Virus record (IMG/VR): IMGVR_UViG_3300032247_000526
Span: 1 to 43,245 of that record
Direction: 5' to 3' (one strand)
Length of the DNA stretch: 43,245 nt
DNA from: a virus
Taxonomy: Duplodnaviria; Caudoviricetes
Shown here: in pieces, positions 21,801 to 30,097 of the stretch
Layout of the letters: every line of letters starts with the position of its first letter
Numbering within the stretch: the stretch's first letter is position 1
Position numbers and translations under genes: made by a program
Notes under the pieces: model-generated
What the model was told of the DNA's origin: nothing
Seen by the model: only the letters and a program-made list of their open reading frames with translations
Databases searched by the model: none

Positions 21801-24800
21801 CGGCAGTTTCTTTTAGTTGTCCATTAATAACACTAACTGCTCCGTCCCAGTATTGTGTACCAGCATAGATACTCTGTTGATTAGAGTGATTACTAATATC
21901 TGTAACAATACTATCAACAATCAATCCTGTATCTCTAAAACATAATGGCTCGTTGTAACTGAATACAAATGGATCAATAAATGTTGTTTCAACAAATGCT
22001 GTAACTTCTTTTTGTATAAATGTTCTGTTTGCAATTAATATATTGTACGCATTAGTTAAACTAGGAGTTGCACCATAAGTTAACGGCAATGAAGTTTTAC
22101 TGCCTGCCGCACCAGGACCAAGTCTAATAATATCATTGATAAGATTAATTCTTTCAACTATAATTTTGGCTTCTGCTAATGTACCGGGAGTAACTTGCAC
22201 ATTTTGAACAACATCAGTTTGGTACGGAGTTGTAATTGTTATACCTTGAACAATTTTTTCAGCAATAAATTTTAAATATTTGTAGGCCGCAGTGGTCTGC
22301 GGAATCTCATTAACCAATACAGTACTTGTACTATTGTAGTTGTAATAGTATGTACCAGCCTGAATTGTTTGTCTATTACCTCCACGAAGTGTGTCAATAA
22401 GAACAGAGTTAATTACATAACCGGTATCTCTACGACAAGTAGTTTCGTTAAAAGTAAATCCAGGAGCAGAATTTTGGCGGACCCACTCAATTGTTTCATC
22501 AATAATAAAATTCTTATTGGTAACTATTAAATTGTAAGCATTAATAGTTCCTGCATCTACAGTTACCTGGCCGTTAGGGATAATAGCATTTGTAACCCAA
22601 GAAGATCCTGTGTTTAAAATATTAATAACTGTTTGCCAATTGCTTTGAATTGCTGTTGCTCCAAGTAATGATCCAGTTGCAGTTGTGTAAATTTGTCTTG
22701 AATTTGTTTGTAAAGGAACAACAGGAAGATTTTGAGCAATATTAAAACAAATATCTCTTGCATGGCTAAATGCCTGTGTAGTAGTTGTTAACTCTCCGGG
22801 TATAATAGTATCTGCCGATGGGTATTGATTCCAATATTGTAGTGCGGCAAATTTAGAATTAGAGTCGCTACTATATAATAAATCCATTGCAATACTGTCT
22901 ACAATCAACCCAGTGTCTCTTGAACAACTTGTGCTATTATAAGTAAAATTCAGTTTTGTAAATGTTTGATCAACATATGCAATTATTTCATTTTTAATCC
23001 AATTAGAATTAACGTTAATTAAATTAAGACTATTAACAATATTTGTTAGTGTAGTAGGAGTAATCCCATTGCTGACTAGTGGAGGTGCTACATTTGGTCC
23101 GTTAAGAATAATATTAGTTAATATTTCTAAATTTTGTGATATTAATTCAGCGCTGGCAATTGTACCAGTAACTGCTAAACTTACATATTGTGTGAGCGTA
23201 GAACAATAAGGGTCAGGAATAAGTGTATTTGTAACAATATTTTTTATAACCTGAGATAGATATTCATAAGCCGCAACTGTTTCTGGAATCTCGCCAGCAA
23301 TGGTAGAAGTTGTAGAACGACCAGTTCCAGTCCAGTACTGAGTTGCGGCATTAATAGTCTGTTGATTGCCTCCAAACGATAAATCGCTAGTCAGCGCACC
23401 CAGTATTAATCCTATGTCTCTAAAGCATGTACTTCTGTCATAGGTGAAACTTGTTGTTGGTTGTCCAACATAATTTTGATTTACAAATGCAACTGTTTCA
23501 GATTGAATGAATCCTCTATTAGCATTTAACAATGCCGCCGCATTTGAGTACCCTTGTTCGTTTAATAAAATATCAGATAATAAAACACCTAGACCAGTAA
23601 TAGTTCCAGTAGTAGCATCACCTCCCGACAACCCAATATTAAAAGTTTGGGCACTGATGTTTCCAGTTGTTACTGCTATAGGAGTGTTTGTAACTACATT
23701 AGTTAGGCATTGTGTCAAATATTGATAAGCATCAACTGTGGGATTTAACTCCTCACCTAATAAGTTTGAGTTATTAATAAAATATTGTTGACCAGCATAG
23801 ACTGTATTTGCATTACCGCCTAATAATACATCGCTGCCAATTGAATCGATAACATATCCAGTGTCTCTTGAACATAATGATTGATTATATGTCAGTGATG
23901 GGTATTTCCAGTTGATATATGCAACAATTTCTGCTTTTAGAAAAACACCATTTTCTGAAATTAGTGTTACAGCATTTCGAACACCTGTATTTGCATTTGT
24001 GACCGTAGTAATGACCGCTACGGGGATAGCAGGATCAACTGTGAATCCTGTTCCATTAACAGCCATACCAATTTCTAATTGTTGGCTAGTTAATACAGGA
24101 TTTACGTTAATTAACAATGTGGTTGTATTAGCAATATAGGTACTGGTTGCTACAACTAACGGAACTTGGACAGTGTTGTTTGGAACAAACATTGTCTGAT
24201 CATACAACCAAGGGCCAGATAAATTTGTACAGTTTTGAATATACGGACTATGAAATATATCTATTGGATTGTCTAATCTAGGAGGAAATGCCGCACAATA
24301 GGCACCTGTTGTGTATGTTCCAGCCCCACCTGGAGCATAGCGTGTCACTGATCCTCTACGTAGATTTAAAAAACTCATCTGTGCAATGTATACACCGGAG
24401 TTAACATGGAATAGATCAGTGTCTTTATTCAAAGGCTCTAAGAATACTGTACGTAAGTCATCTCCGATAACACAAGTATATGGTAACAATTCAATGGGAT
24501 TGTTTTCCATGTAATGACCTGATAATACTTTGATAACTGTACCTTGTTGATAGTAAGGACTTTTTGTTGCACCGCTAACTGTCTTACAAGCACGAGTAGA
24601 ATCCATTGCACGGCCGTCGTTAGCATCATCGCCATCCATTGTTACATATAATACATTTGTAACAACAGGTGATGTTCCTATTGGATTTGTTCCGTAAACC
24701 GCAATGTCGCCGTTAACAGTTAGTGTTTTGTTTATAGTTCTCTGTAATTTTGGAATATCAGGGAACATTTGAAAGTTAGTTGCTGTTCCTAGAGTATCTA

Positions 24801-25401
24801 TAGTATTACCGTAGATAGTTTGTAGGTATGCAGATTTCCAAACGTTTGCTGTAGATCCTAAAGAATACGCAGAAACAACATTAGTATTTGTTATAAGTAC
24901 GGTAGCAGTTGTGCCAGTACCTGTGGCTGTGGTAGCAACTGAGGTAGTTGTACTTACATAGGGAAGGAAATCTGATTTGATTTCTGATCTAAAAACAACA
25001 CTATTTGTAAGTGTATTAAATCCTAATGTAACATCACCGTCTACTGATAAATCTTTGCTAACATATAAGGCGCCAGTTATAGTAGTGTCAGCAATAATAT
25101 ATACTGTTGCACTGTTAGCCGGCTGTACAGTAATTGGGCCTTTAGTTGTAGTTAGGTAACTTTGATTAGTTGAAGTATTTGAGTAAAGGAAAAACAGTCC
25201 AATTGTGGCTGTGTTAACTTTTAGATTGTATCCATTAATGTCGCCTCGGACATCTAATTCAACTTGTGGAGTAGTAGTTTTAATACCAATGCGTCGTCTA
25301 CCAACATCCCACTCCATGAGATCGGTATCCATTGCTATGTTAACACCGTCACGTTGCAGGTTACTGTTTAGTAACGGACCGGTAATGCGACCAATGGCCA
25401 T
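18808..25401 (-). CDS. Giant virion structural protein, paralogue of 6210-18392, with 8 Cx(R/K)D repeats
   Basis: 2197 aa with AAGGAG RBS. Same scaffold segments (LYVTMDGDDANDGR; DPHGSGGGALVDGNAPSLRSP; FFTSTDQNGDFRIG); 7 CxRD plus 1 CRKD motif. Confidence 0.85.
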   Translation of the reverse strand: MAIGRITGPLLNSNLQRDGVNIAMDTDLMEWDVGRRRIGIKTTTPQVELDVRGDINGYNLKVNTATIGLFFLYSNTSTNQSYLTTTKGPITVQPANSATVYIIADTTITGALYVSKDLSVDGDVTLGFNTLTNSVVFRSEIKSDFLPYVSTTTSVATTATGTGTTATVLITNTNVVSAYSLGSTANVWKSAYLQTIYGNTIDTLGTATNFQMFPDIPKLQRTINKTLTVNGDIAVYGTNPIGTSPVVTNVLYVTMDGDDANDGRAMDSTRACKTVSGATKSPYYQQGTVIKVLSGHYMENNPIELLPYTCVIGDDLRTVFLEPLNKDTDLFHVNSGVYIAQMSFLNLRRGSVTRYAPGGAGTYTTGAYCAAFPPRLDNPIDIFHSPYIQNCTNLSGPWLYDQTMFVPNNTVQVPLVVATSTYIANTTTLLINVNPVLTSQQLEIGMAVNGTGFTVDPAIPVAVITTVTNANTGVRNAVTLISENGVFLKAEIVAYINWKYPSLTYNQSLCSRDTGYVIDSIGSDVLLGGNANTVYAGQQYFINNSNLLGEELNPTVDAYQYLTQCLTNVVTNTPIAVTTGNISAQTFNIGLSGGDATTGTITGLGVLLSDILLNEQGYSNAAALLNANRGFIQSETVAFVNQNYVGQPTTSFTYDRSTCFRDIGLILGALTSDLSFGGNQQTINAATQYWTGTGRSTTSTIAGEIPETVAAYEYLSQVIKNIVTNTLIPDPYCSTLTQYVSLAVTGTIASAELISQNLEILTNIILNGPNVAPPLVSNGITPTTLTNIVNSLNLINVNSNWIKNEIIAYVDQTFTKLNFTYNSTSCSRDTGLIVDSIAMDLLYSSDSNSKFAALQYWNQYPSADTIIPGELTTTTQAFSHARDICFNIAQNLPVVPLQTNSRQIYTTATGSLLGATAIQSNWQTVINILNTGSSWVTNAIIPNGQVTVDAGTINAYNLIVTNKNFIIDETIEWVRQNSAPGFTFNETTCRRDTGYVINSVLIDTLRGGNRQTIQAGTYYYNYNSTSTVLVNEIPQTTAAYKYLKFIAEKIVQGITITTPYQTDVVQNVQVTPGTLAEAKIIVERINLINDIIRLGPGAAGSKTSLPLTYGATPSLTNAYNILIANRTFIQKEVTAFVETTFIDPFVFSYNEPLCFRDTGLIVDSIVTDISNHSNQQSIYAGTQYWDGAVSVINGQLKETAGAIQFAKEVALRVIANEPIIQSFQTGTSATIVTQTINSQLGGGYIAADLISRNFDAITTIIQDGPEYAPPATYSTVTQLLITISTSTISTITNDTLYIGNVTVYPVEDKNIPSTWGNNGEADRRIDPHGSGGGALVDGNAPSLRSPVQSFVFDAFTQLTQGGPGVHIINKGYAQLVSVFTVFSDIGVHVESGGIASIVNSNANFGDICLLAEGFGPREFGGTIYNPANYEYNQLTNSFEPNVYYPQGYFPNNANVCVFVPSADNRPHISLVMEVIPPDEYVDYDGNTVPYRNSQGYPGFLTAASNTATLFVGTYEISGIDTTDMAVGQRVYIKDQYGYTADQNGTGTPYLATGTYITTITYQTISLSSPITATGYQEGNLNYFNIYTCGNAYYSVLTSYTANSPYPTGQSKIKGQETETIDAINYMSSVCQSVISNTQLTTTYNTSTVLQIIDGAYPSGSGSVGFIANELDIITGVILKGPQNAPASTASGVKSLGNADAIQLLTENKIFIQNETVAYVDKIYPNFTYNSAKCYRDTGLIVDAISQDLLFGGTSQSTFAGLQYWSQNTNTNSVIPGEFTTTTSAIEHTRDTAISITSGYGGTSGLVSSAFTTILNILNNGVRNLTDNIVPNGSASTDPQIINGYNTLLSNTSSIITSTLTWINNNNPGFVYDQTRCRKDLHYILDSVAFDVLHGGNRQSTQAGAYYYGFTGNTSIPNEIPQTTAAYNFIKGIIGQIITGSPTSPSYQNTVTQVTNLSPGLDAQTTVAQSIVDVMTGIINNGPGNVPDSQRVPCPLTPSSDSNVVNAYNLIQANRAYIQTETIAYINKTYSGFTYNRQKCRRDVGLIIDALVYDLSTGGNSRAVEAAVTYYTKDGTYHIVSLEDQVRDPLLFVDGITVNFYQRSYMSASGYVFEYVGAGTNYGALPQVGRVDPNQSKETVQLNNGKVFFTSTDQNGDFRIGPGLVVSQATGVLSGRTFTKSLFAQMTPFILVVGEGGF

Positions 25402-25490
25402 CTACGCTCCTTTATACACCGAGTTTCACGGATAACCACCTTGCATTGCGGGTTTACCACAGTATAATCTGCCAGAAACTCCGGCATCGA
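25402..25490 (-). promoter_or_regulatory. Structured 5' leader (candidate cis-regulatory RNA)
   Basis: Hairpin GCCGGA-gtt-TCTGGC, then TATAC...GTATA enclosing TGTGG-taaac-CCGCA and CCG-tgaaact-CGG, ending just before the AAGGAG RBS. Confidence 0.5.
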
Positions 25491-25492
25491 TG

Positions 25493-25499
25493 TATTTAT
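25493..25499 (-). promoter_or_regulatory. T4-type late promoter (ATAAATA)
   Basis: AATAAATAC in the intergenic space upstream of the giant-protein operon. Confidence 0.7.
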
Positions 25500-25529
25500 T
25501 TAGATTGGAAAATAACCCTAGTTTAGGAT

Positions 25530-26234
25530 TTAGTCGTTGTCAACTCCACGAAGTACAGTTCTAAAATTCATAAATTTAGAATCAGCACCGACAGTTTTAG
25601 CAACATGCCACCATAGTAAAGTTTCAGGATGAAATCTTGCGCCAGCGGCTGTATATTCGTCCATATAATCAACTATATTTGTTATTTTGGACATTATGTC
25701 GCTATTAGAGGCAAACCATTGGTCGTTTCGCATTTCTTGTCCAGCGTACCTATCAACATTCCACCATGATGGGAACATCCAATTTGATGCAAAAGAAACT
25801 GTATTTGGCAAATTAACGCATTCAGATAAATTAATATCATTTCGAATATCAATATCACCTCTAGATCTAATAACTAGATCATATTTAAAATTATGTGTTT
25901 TTTCGTATTGTTGTCTAAGAGCATCTACATTTTTTATGCCGCCTGCTTGTTTAAACATCTGTTCAGGTCTATTGCCTTGACTCCAACAATCGCTTTGTGA
26001 ATATTGACTAGACCAGTTATAGTGGGGAGTAAATTCTAATCTTGCAATATTATAATTAGGTATTTCTTTTTCTAAAAAAGATTTAAAATTATTTAGATCT
26101 TGCTCGCCTTCCCAGTGACTAAAAAATAAATCACAATGAGAATATTCTGTATATTTTAACAGTTGTGATTTAAAAAGATCCGTGTTTTCAGTTATTCGGT
26201 TGGCCTGACCGCTAAAGCAAATTGCTACCTTCAT
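25530..26234 (-). CDS. Putative glycosyltransferase-like protein
   Basis: 234 aa with MKVAICFSGQ, DLFFSHW, YDLVIRSRGDI, NDQWFA and HPETLL motifs. This pattern resembles GT-like proteins in phage and giant-virus glycan clusters. Confidence 0.55.
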   Translation of the reverse strand: MKVAICFSGQANRITENTDLFKSQLLKYTEYSHCDLFFSHWEGEQDLNNFKSFLEKEIPNYNIARLEFTPHYNWSSQYSQSDCWSQGNRPEQMFKQAGGIKNVDALRQQYEKTHNFKYDLVIRSRGDIDIRNDINLSECVNLPNTVSFASNWMFPSWWNVDRYAGQEMRNDQWFASNSDIMSKITNIVDYMDEYTAAGARFHPETLLWWHVAKTVGADSKFMNFRTVLRGVDND

Positions 26235-26238
26235 TTAA

Positions 26239-27030
26239 TCAACCGGCTGGAAAGTATCCGTCAAATCCAAGTAATGTTACAACAGGTTTGGTTGGAACTG
26301 CTCCTGTAAATAATATATATGAGCCTGTAGTATAAGATACAAGGAATGTAGTTCCTGAATTTAATGTTTGAGTTACAGGGTTGCTGAATACAAAATAATA
26401 ATTAGTAGCAGTAGGATTTATTACACGCTCACTAAAAGTTTGTATAATAGTTGTTCCTGTTTGTATACCTACTCCAGTAACTAACATAGTTCCTACAGTA
26501 GCAGTAATAATATTTGTAAGAGGAGAACCAATACCTGCAAGTACTTGAACTGTATTAGTTCCTGTGTAAGCAGGTGTTGCAACTGTTTCTGTAATAGTAG
26601 CAGGTGTTAGTGTAATACTGTAGTTTGTTGTGGGAATTTGATAAACGTTATCAATATACACCATAATGTTTTGAGCACCGGCGGTATACGATGCTGTATA
26701 GTCCGAGTTTAAAGGTCCAAAAATTGTACTAGCATAATCACCGTTGCCTAAATTTTGAACTGTAATAGTAGCAGGTCGAACCGTACGAATTCTTTCCCAT
26801 TGATTTCTTTCATAAACTTCTAAATCTCTAAGATCACTGTTATAACGTACTGTTCCTGATACCAAAGGCTCAGTTGGATAATTTGTTCCGCCCGGACGAT
26901 TAAGAGTACTACCTGAAGGTAGTTCCATACCTATAACAGACTTTGTTAAAATCATTCCATTAGAATCCACAGCAAAATTATTGCTCATTGGATCTTTTGG
27001 ATTTAGAGAATTGCGTTTATAAAATTTCAT
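26239..27030 (-). CDS. Structural/fibre-associated protein
   Basis: 263 aa, Thr-rich; LPSGSTLNRP...GTVRYNSDLRDLEVY motif common in phage fibre proteins. Confidence 0.7.
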   Translation of the reverse strand: MKFYKRNSLNPKDPMSNNFAVDSNGMILTKSVIGMELPSGSTLNRPGGTNYPTEPLVSGTVRYNSDLRDLEVYERNQWERIRTVRPATITVQNLGNGDYASTIFGPLNSDYTASYTAGAQNIMVYIDNVYQIPTTNYSITLTPATITETVATPAYTGTNTVQVLAGIGSPLTNIITATVGTMLVTGVGIQTGTTIIQTFSERVINPTATNYYFVFSNPVTQTLNSGTTFLVSYTTGSYILFTGAVPTKPVVTLLGFDGYFPAG

Positions 27031-27031
27031 T

Positions 27032-27346
27032 TTAAGATAGTGCTATATAACTAATCGTTGCAGTGATAACTGAGTTTTGTGAAGCCTGTGCTTGAACACT
27101 ATCACCATTTGCAAGAATAAACTTTTCTGAATCAATACTAAATGTTTCTCCTCGAGGAACTGAGATTGCTTTACAGATTTTATTGTTATCTCCTCTTGCA
27201 AATCCAGTTGGTACCATCCAAATATCTACAGTTGCATCTGTAGTTGCACTGGTATTACAAAAAATTAATGCTGTAATAGCATTCTCACCTGAAGAGATTA
27301 AAATTGGTCCAGGTGCCGTTGTTAATTGTGTATTTGTGATTGCCAT
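27032..27346 (-). CDS. Small structural protein, homologue of 18408-18791
   Basis: 104 aa, tightly coupled to both neighbours; shares the C-terminal motif. Confidence 0.75.
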   Translation of the reverse strand: MAITNTQLTTAPGPILISSGENAITALIFCNTSATTDATVDIWMVPTGFARGDNNKICKAISVPRGETFSIDSEKFILANGDSVQAQASQNSVITATISYIALS

Positions 27347-28368
27347 TAAAATATTATCCCTAGTAAAATTGCTTTTCTGGCCGAAACTAATTCACCGTAG
27401 ACGATATTAGTTCCGTCTGAATGGTTGTACATTAATCCGGTTGACCCTGCACCTACTGTTGAACTACTATAGACTTTTGTTCTACCTGTTTCGGGAGCAG
27501 GAGGATGCCATGCTGGCGATACAGGAGCAATAAAAGATATTCCGTTATTAACAGCAATAACTCCAGATCCGTTAGCAGATAGGGTCAAATCTGTATTTGC
27601 GGCTAAAGATGAAATTGATGAAGGAGTAAAGTTTAAATTGATTACAGGCATTCCAACTGAAGTTGGATATACTCTAAATGCATCTATACCGTCAATATAT
27701 GTTGTAATAAAACTTGTAGCAGTAGCAGGCTGATCTGTATGATCGTTAATCATAATAGAACTATTACCTGCTTGTATAAATCTAGCACTAGTTGCTGTTC
27801 CTACACCATGTATCGAATTAAGTTTATAGTCAACATATCCTTTATTAGGTATATCATTATCTTCAGTTGAATTCAACATTCTTGATGTGTAACCAAGATC
27901 TGTAAGTTGAAGATTAGAAACACCGTCAGTTAAAATATAGTTTTTATCTTGTCCTGCTTGAGCACCGTTGATTTTAAGGAATCCTGTTTCAATACCAGCA
28001 AACAAATTTTCATTTTTAAATGTCCATAACCCATTTCCCGTAGTTGCCGCAGTATATGGTCTGTAGTTGTCCCATAACATAGTTACAGCATAGGCATCGC
28101 TGTCTGTAGGATCTCTAGAAATCTTAATACCAGATGTTCCGCCACCGGCACTAATTGAACCTTGTACTGGCTCACCTTGATTTAAAACAATAATGTTATC
28201 TTTAATTGTAGCATTAGTACTTTCAATCTGTGTTGTAACCCCTTGAACATCTAAGTTACCCGTAATAACAACTTTACCCATAAGGACACCGGTGTCAAGA
28301 GTAATCGTGCCAGAACTAGCAGTTTTAACATAATAATCACCAGAAAGAACTAACTTGTCAGCACTCAT
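27346..28368 (-). CDS. Structural/fibre-associated protein
   Basis: 340 aa; GNLDVQGVTTQIESTNATIKDNIIVLN motif, with a related segment in 1098-4382; AAGGA RBS; TAAATA at 28388-28393. Confidence 0.75.
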   Translation of the reverse strand: MSADKLVLSGDYYVKTASSGTITLDTGVLMGKVVITGNLDVQGVTTQIESTNATIKDNIIVLNQGEPVQGSISAGGGTSGIKISRDPTDSDAYAVTMLWDNYRPYTAATTGNGLWTFKNENLFAGIETGFLKINGAQAGQDKNYILTDGVSNLQLTDLGYTSRMLNSTEDNDIPNKGYVDYKLNSIHGVGTATSARFIQAGNSSIMINDHTDQPATATSFITTYIDGIDAFRVYPTSVGMPVINLNFTPSSISSLAANTDLTLSANGSGVIAVNNGISFIAPVSPAWHPPAPETGRTKVYSSSTVGAGSTGLMYNHSDGTNIVYGELVSARKAILLGIIF

Positions 28369-28397
28369 GAAACGATTCCTTTAAGCATATTTAGCGT

Positions 28398-28976
28398 TTA
28401 ATACACCATTAACTGAACTGAGTCTATTAGCACAGTTTCTTTGTGCGGATAATATAAATGGCTTTGTAGTCGTAGAGTTACACCAAATGTAGGATCTTGT
28501 ATCATTGCTGCCGTTAGTTGGTTATCCCATAGGTCAGTAGGACCGCCGTACACCATTGAATTGTGAACAGGCACATGATTAAGTTCGTCTAATTTATAGT
28601 TAATCTTATTTTCGCCCATTAAATTTTCTTGATAGGTAAGTTGTACAGTTTCGTCCATTATTCTACCTTTTCGGCGAATTGAAGTTTGTACTTGTATTCC
28701 GTTAATGGGATCTGTTAATCCTGTAATATTAAATCCCGTAAATGTAATGTACCAAGTCTTTTGTCTAAGAGGAGCATGTCCGTCATTAGCAATATAAAGT
28801 AACGGACTTATACTTTGAATAGTACCAGTCATGTTGCTTAAATTTGTATTAGGGTTAGTAATAAGACGCCCTCGCTCGTCAAAAGAATTAGTAACACCTG
28901 CTTGCCATTGAATATGTTGATCAAACTCGGCATATTGAGAAGTAATTGTAGGAGAATACCATTGTTGTGTTGTCAT
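28398..28976 (-). CDS. Hypothetical late protein (start reassigned to ATG 28976)
   Basis: The ORF-track start at 28991 overlaps the terminator tail and the TAAATA promoter (28982-28987); the ATG at 28976 follows the promoter. Confidence 0.7.
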   Translation of the reverse strand: MTTQQWYSPTITSQYAEFDQHIQWQAGVTNSFDERGRLITNPNTNLSNMTGTIQSISPLLYIANDGHAPLRQKTWYITFTGFNITGLTDPINGIQVQTSIRRKGRIMDETVQLTYQENLMGENKINYKLDELNHVPVHNSMVYGGPTDLWDNQLTAAMIQDPTFGVTLRLQSHLYYPHKETVLIDSVQLMVY

Positions 28977-28993
28977 ATAGGTATTTACCAAAG

Positions 28994-29017
28994 AAAAACG
29001 CCCCGAAGGGCGTTTTT
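28994..29017 (-). terminator. Intrinsic terminator, potentially bidirectional
   Basis: AAAAACGCCC-TTCG-GGGCGTTTTT. Confidence 0.9.
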
Positions 29018-29030
29018 GTATACTTAAATT

Positions 29031-29954
29031 TTATGGAGCAATAGGAATTGAAACAACTACAGCACCGCTAGTACTTACATAAGCGGCTCTAGTATCCCAA
29101 GGCACATTCTTAAATGATTTATATACCGCTGTACTTGTATTTGTTCTATTAAACACTAGTGCTTTACGAGCGGCTAGTCTTAAAACATAATAAGTAGCAC
29201 CAGTTGTATCTGTAGCAACAATGTGCATGTTACCGGGTGTTAAAATATGATTAACACCTGTACCTGAACTTAAATGACAAACACCTACACCTTGTGCGTT
29301 ACGTACTAGGTAACGACGTGAACTTTCTTGTTTGATAATATCACCACCACTAATAGCAGAACTACCTGTTGTTAGATAAGATGTAAACAAAATAGAATCG
29401 TTAGAAGCGTTAGTTGTTTTTAAAGTAACTGTGTTAATTTGACCGGAACCTTGGTCATAAAACTTTAAGTTGTTTGCGTTAGTCCATGATGTATCGTTAG
29501 GAAGGCTAGATGTAACACGATTCAACACTGGATCAACTGCTGTAACAAGGCCACCGTTGCCGCCACCATAAATTCTCATACCAATTTGAATGCCAACTAC
29601 GCTAGCAACACTAAGAGTATTAGTAGCACTAACACCGGAGTTGGTTACATATTGTGTAACTTGTGATGCTGTAGTTACTGTAAGCGTCGGAGCACTTGTA
29701 TAACCAGTACCTTCTTTTGTAATTGTAACACCGCGTAGTAGACCTGCGGCATCAATGACTGGGGTACCAGTCGCAAGTACACCACCAACTATTGTAGGTG
29801 CTGAGAAAGATACTGTAGTACCTTGTGAATATAGTGTACCACTGTTAGTGAATCTAACACTGGCTACACCTTCACCACCAATACCACTGAATCCATTTAC
29901 TGCTTGGTTATCATATAAGTTACCAAAAAACTTCTTTTTAATTGGACGTCCCAT
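29031..29954 (-). CDS. Structural protein downstream of the capsid gene (possible head decoration protein)
   Basis: 307 aa, strong AAGGAG RBS, own promoter and terminator; Thr/Gly-rich beta repeats (VTITKEGTGYTSAPT). Confidence 0.7.
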   Translation of the reverse strand: MGRPIKKKFFGNLYDNQAVNGFSGIGGEGVASVRFTNSGTLYSQGTTVSFSAPTIVGGVLATGTPVIDAAGLLRGVTITKEGTGYTSAPTLTVTTASQVTQYVTNSGVSATNTLSVASVVGIQIGMRIYGGGNGGLVTAVDPVLNRVTSSLPNDTSWTNANNLKFYDQGSGQINTVTLKTTNASNDSILFTSYLTTGSSAISGGDIIKQESSRRYLVRNAQGVGVCHLSSGTGVNHILTPGNMHIVATDTTGATYYVLRLAARKALVFNRTNTSTAVYKSFKNVPWDTRAAYVSTSGAVVVSIPIAP

Positions 29955-29964
29955 TTTGTTTCTC

Positions 29965-30038
29965 CTTAATGTTGTGAGCGTTCTAGGCTCTACGCGGATG
30001 GTACCGCATAAACTCAGTTAAAATGATAACCGGCTTGT
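29965..30038 (-). promoter_or_regulatory. Structured leader after the late promoter TTAAATA (30039-30045)
   Basis: Hairpins TATGCGG-taccat-CCGCGTA and GAGC-ctagaac-GCTC before the RBS. Confidence 0.5.
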
Positions 30039-30046
30039 TATTTAAC

Positions 30047-30069
30047 AAAAAACCCGCCGAAGCGGGTTT
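30047..30069 (-). terminator. Intrinsic terminator after the major capsid gene
   Basis: AAACCCGC-TTCG-GCGGGTTTTTT. Confidence 0.92.
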
Positions 30070-30097
30070 CTTGATTTGCTTTAGACCAAATCCAATA

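Noticed and set aside
6600-24000. Long repeats as a CRISPR array or diversity-generating retroelement template/variable pair
   Set aside because: The repeats are degenerate, in-frame protein repeats of about 500 bp. There are no identical short repeats with spacers, no adenine-specific variant pair was seen, and no reverse transcriptase lies in the window.
25440-25465. c-di-GMP-I riboswitch, suggested by the GGTAAAC...CGCAA resemblance
   Set aside because: The GNRA-capped P2 stem and its receptor are not evident; kept only as an unassigned structured leader.
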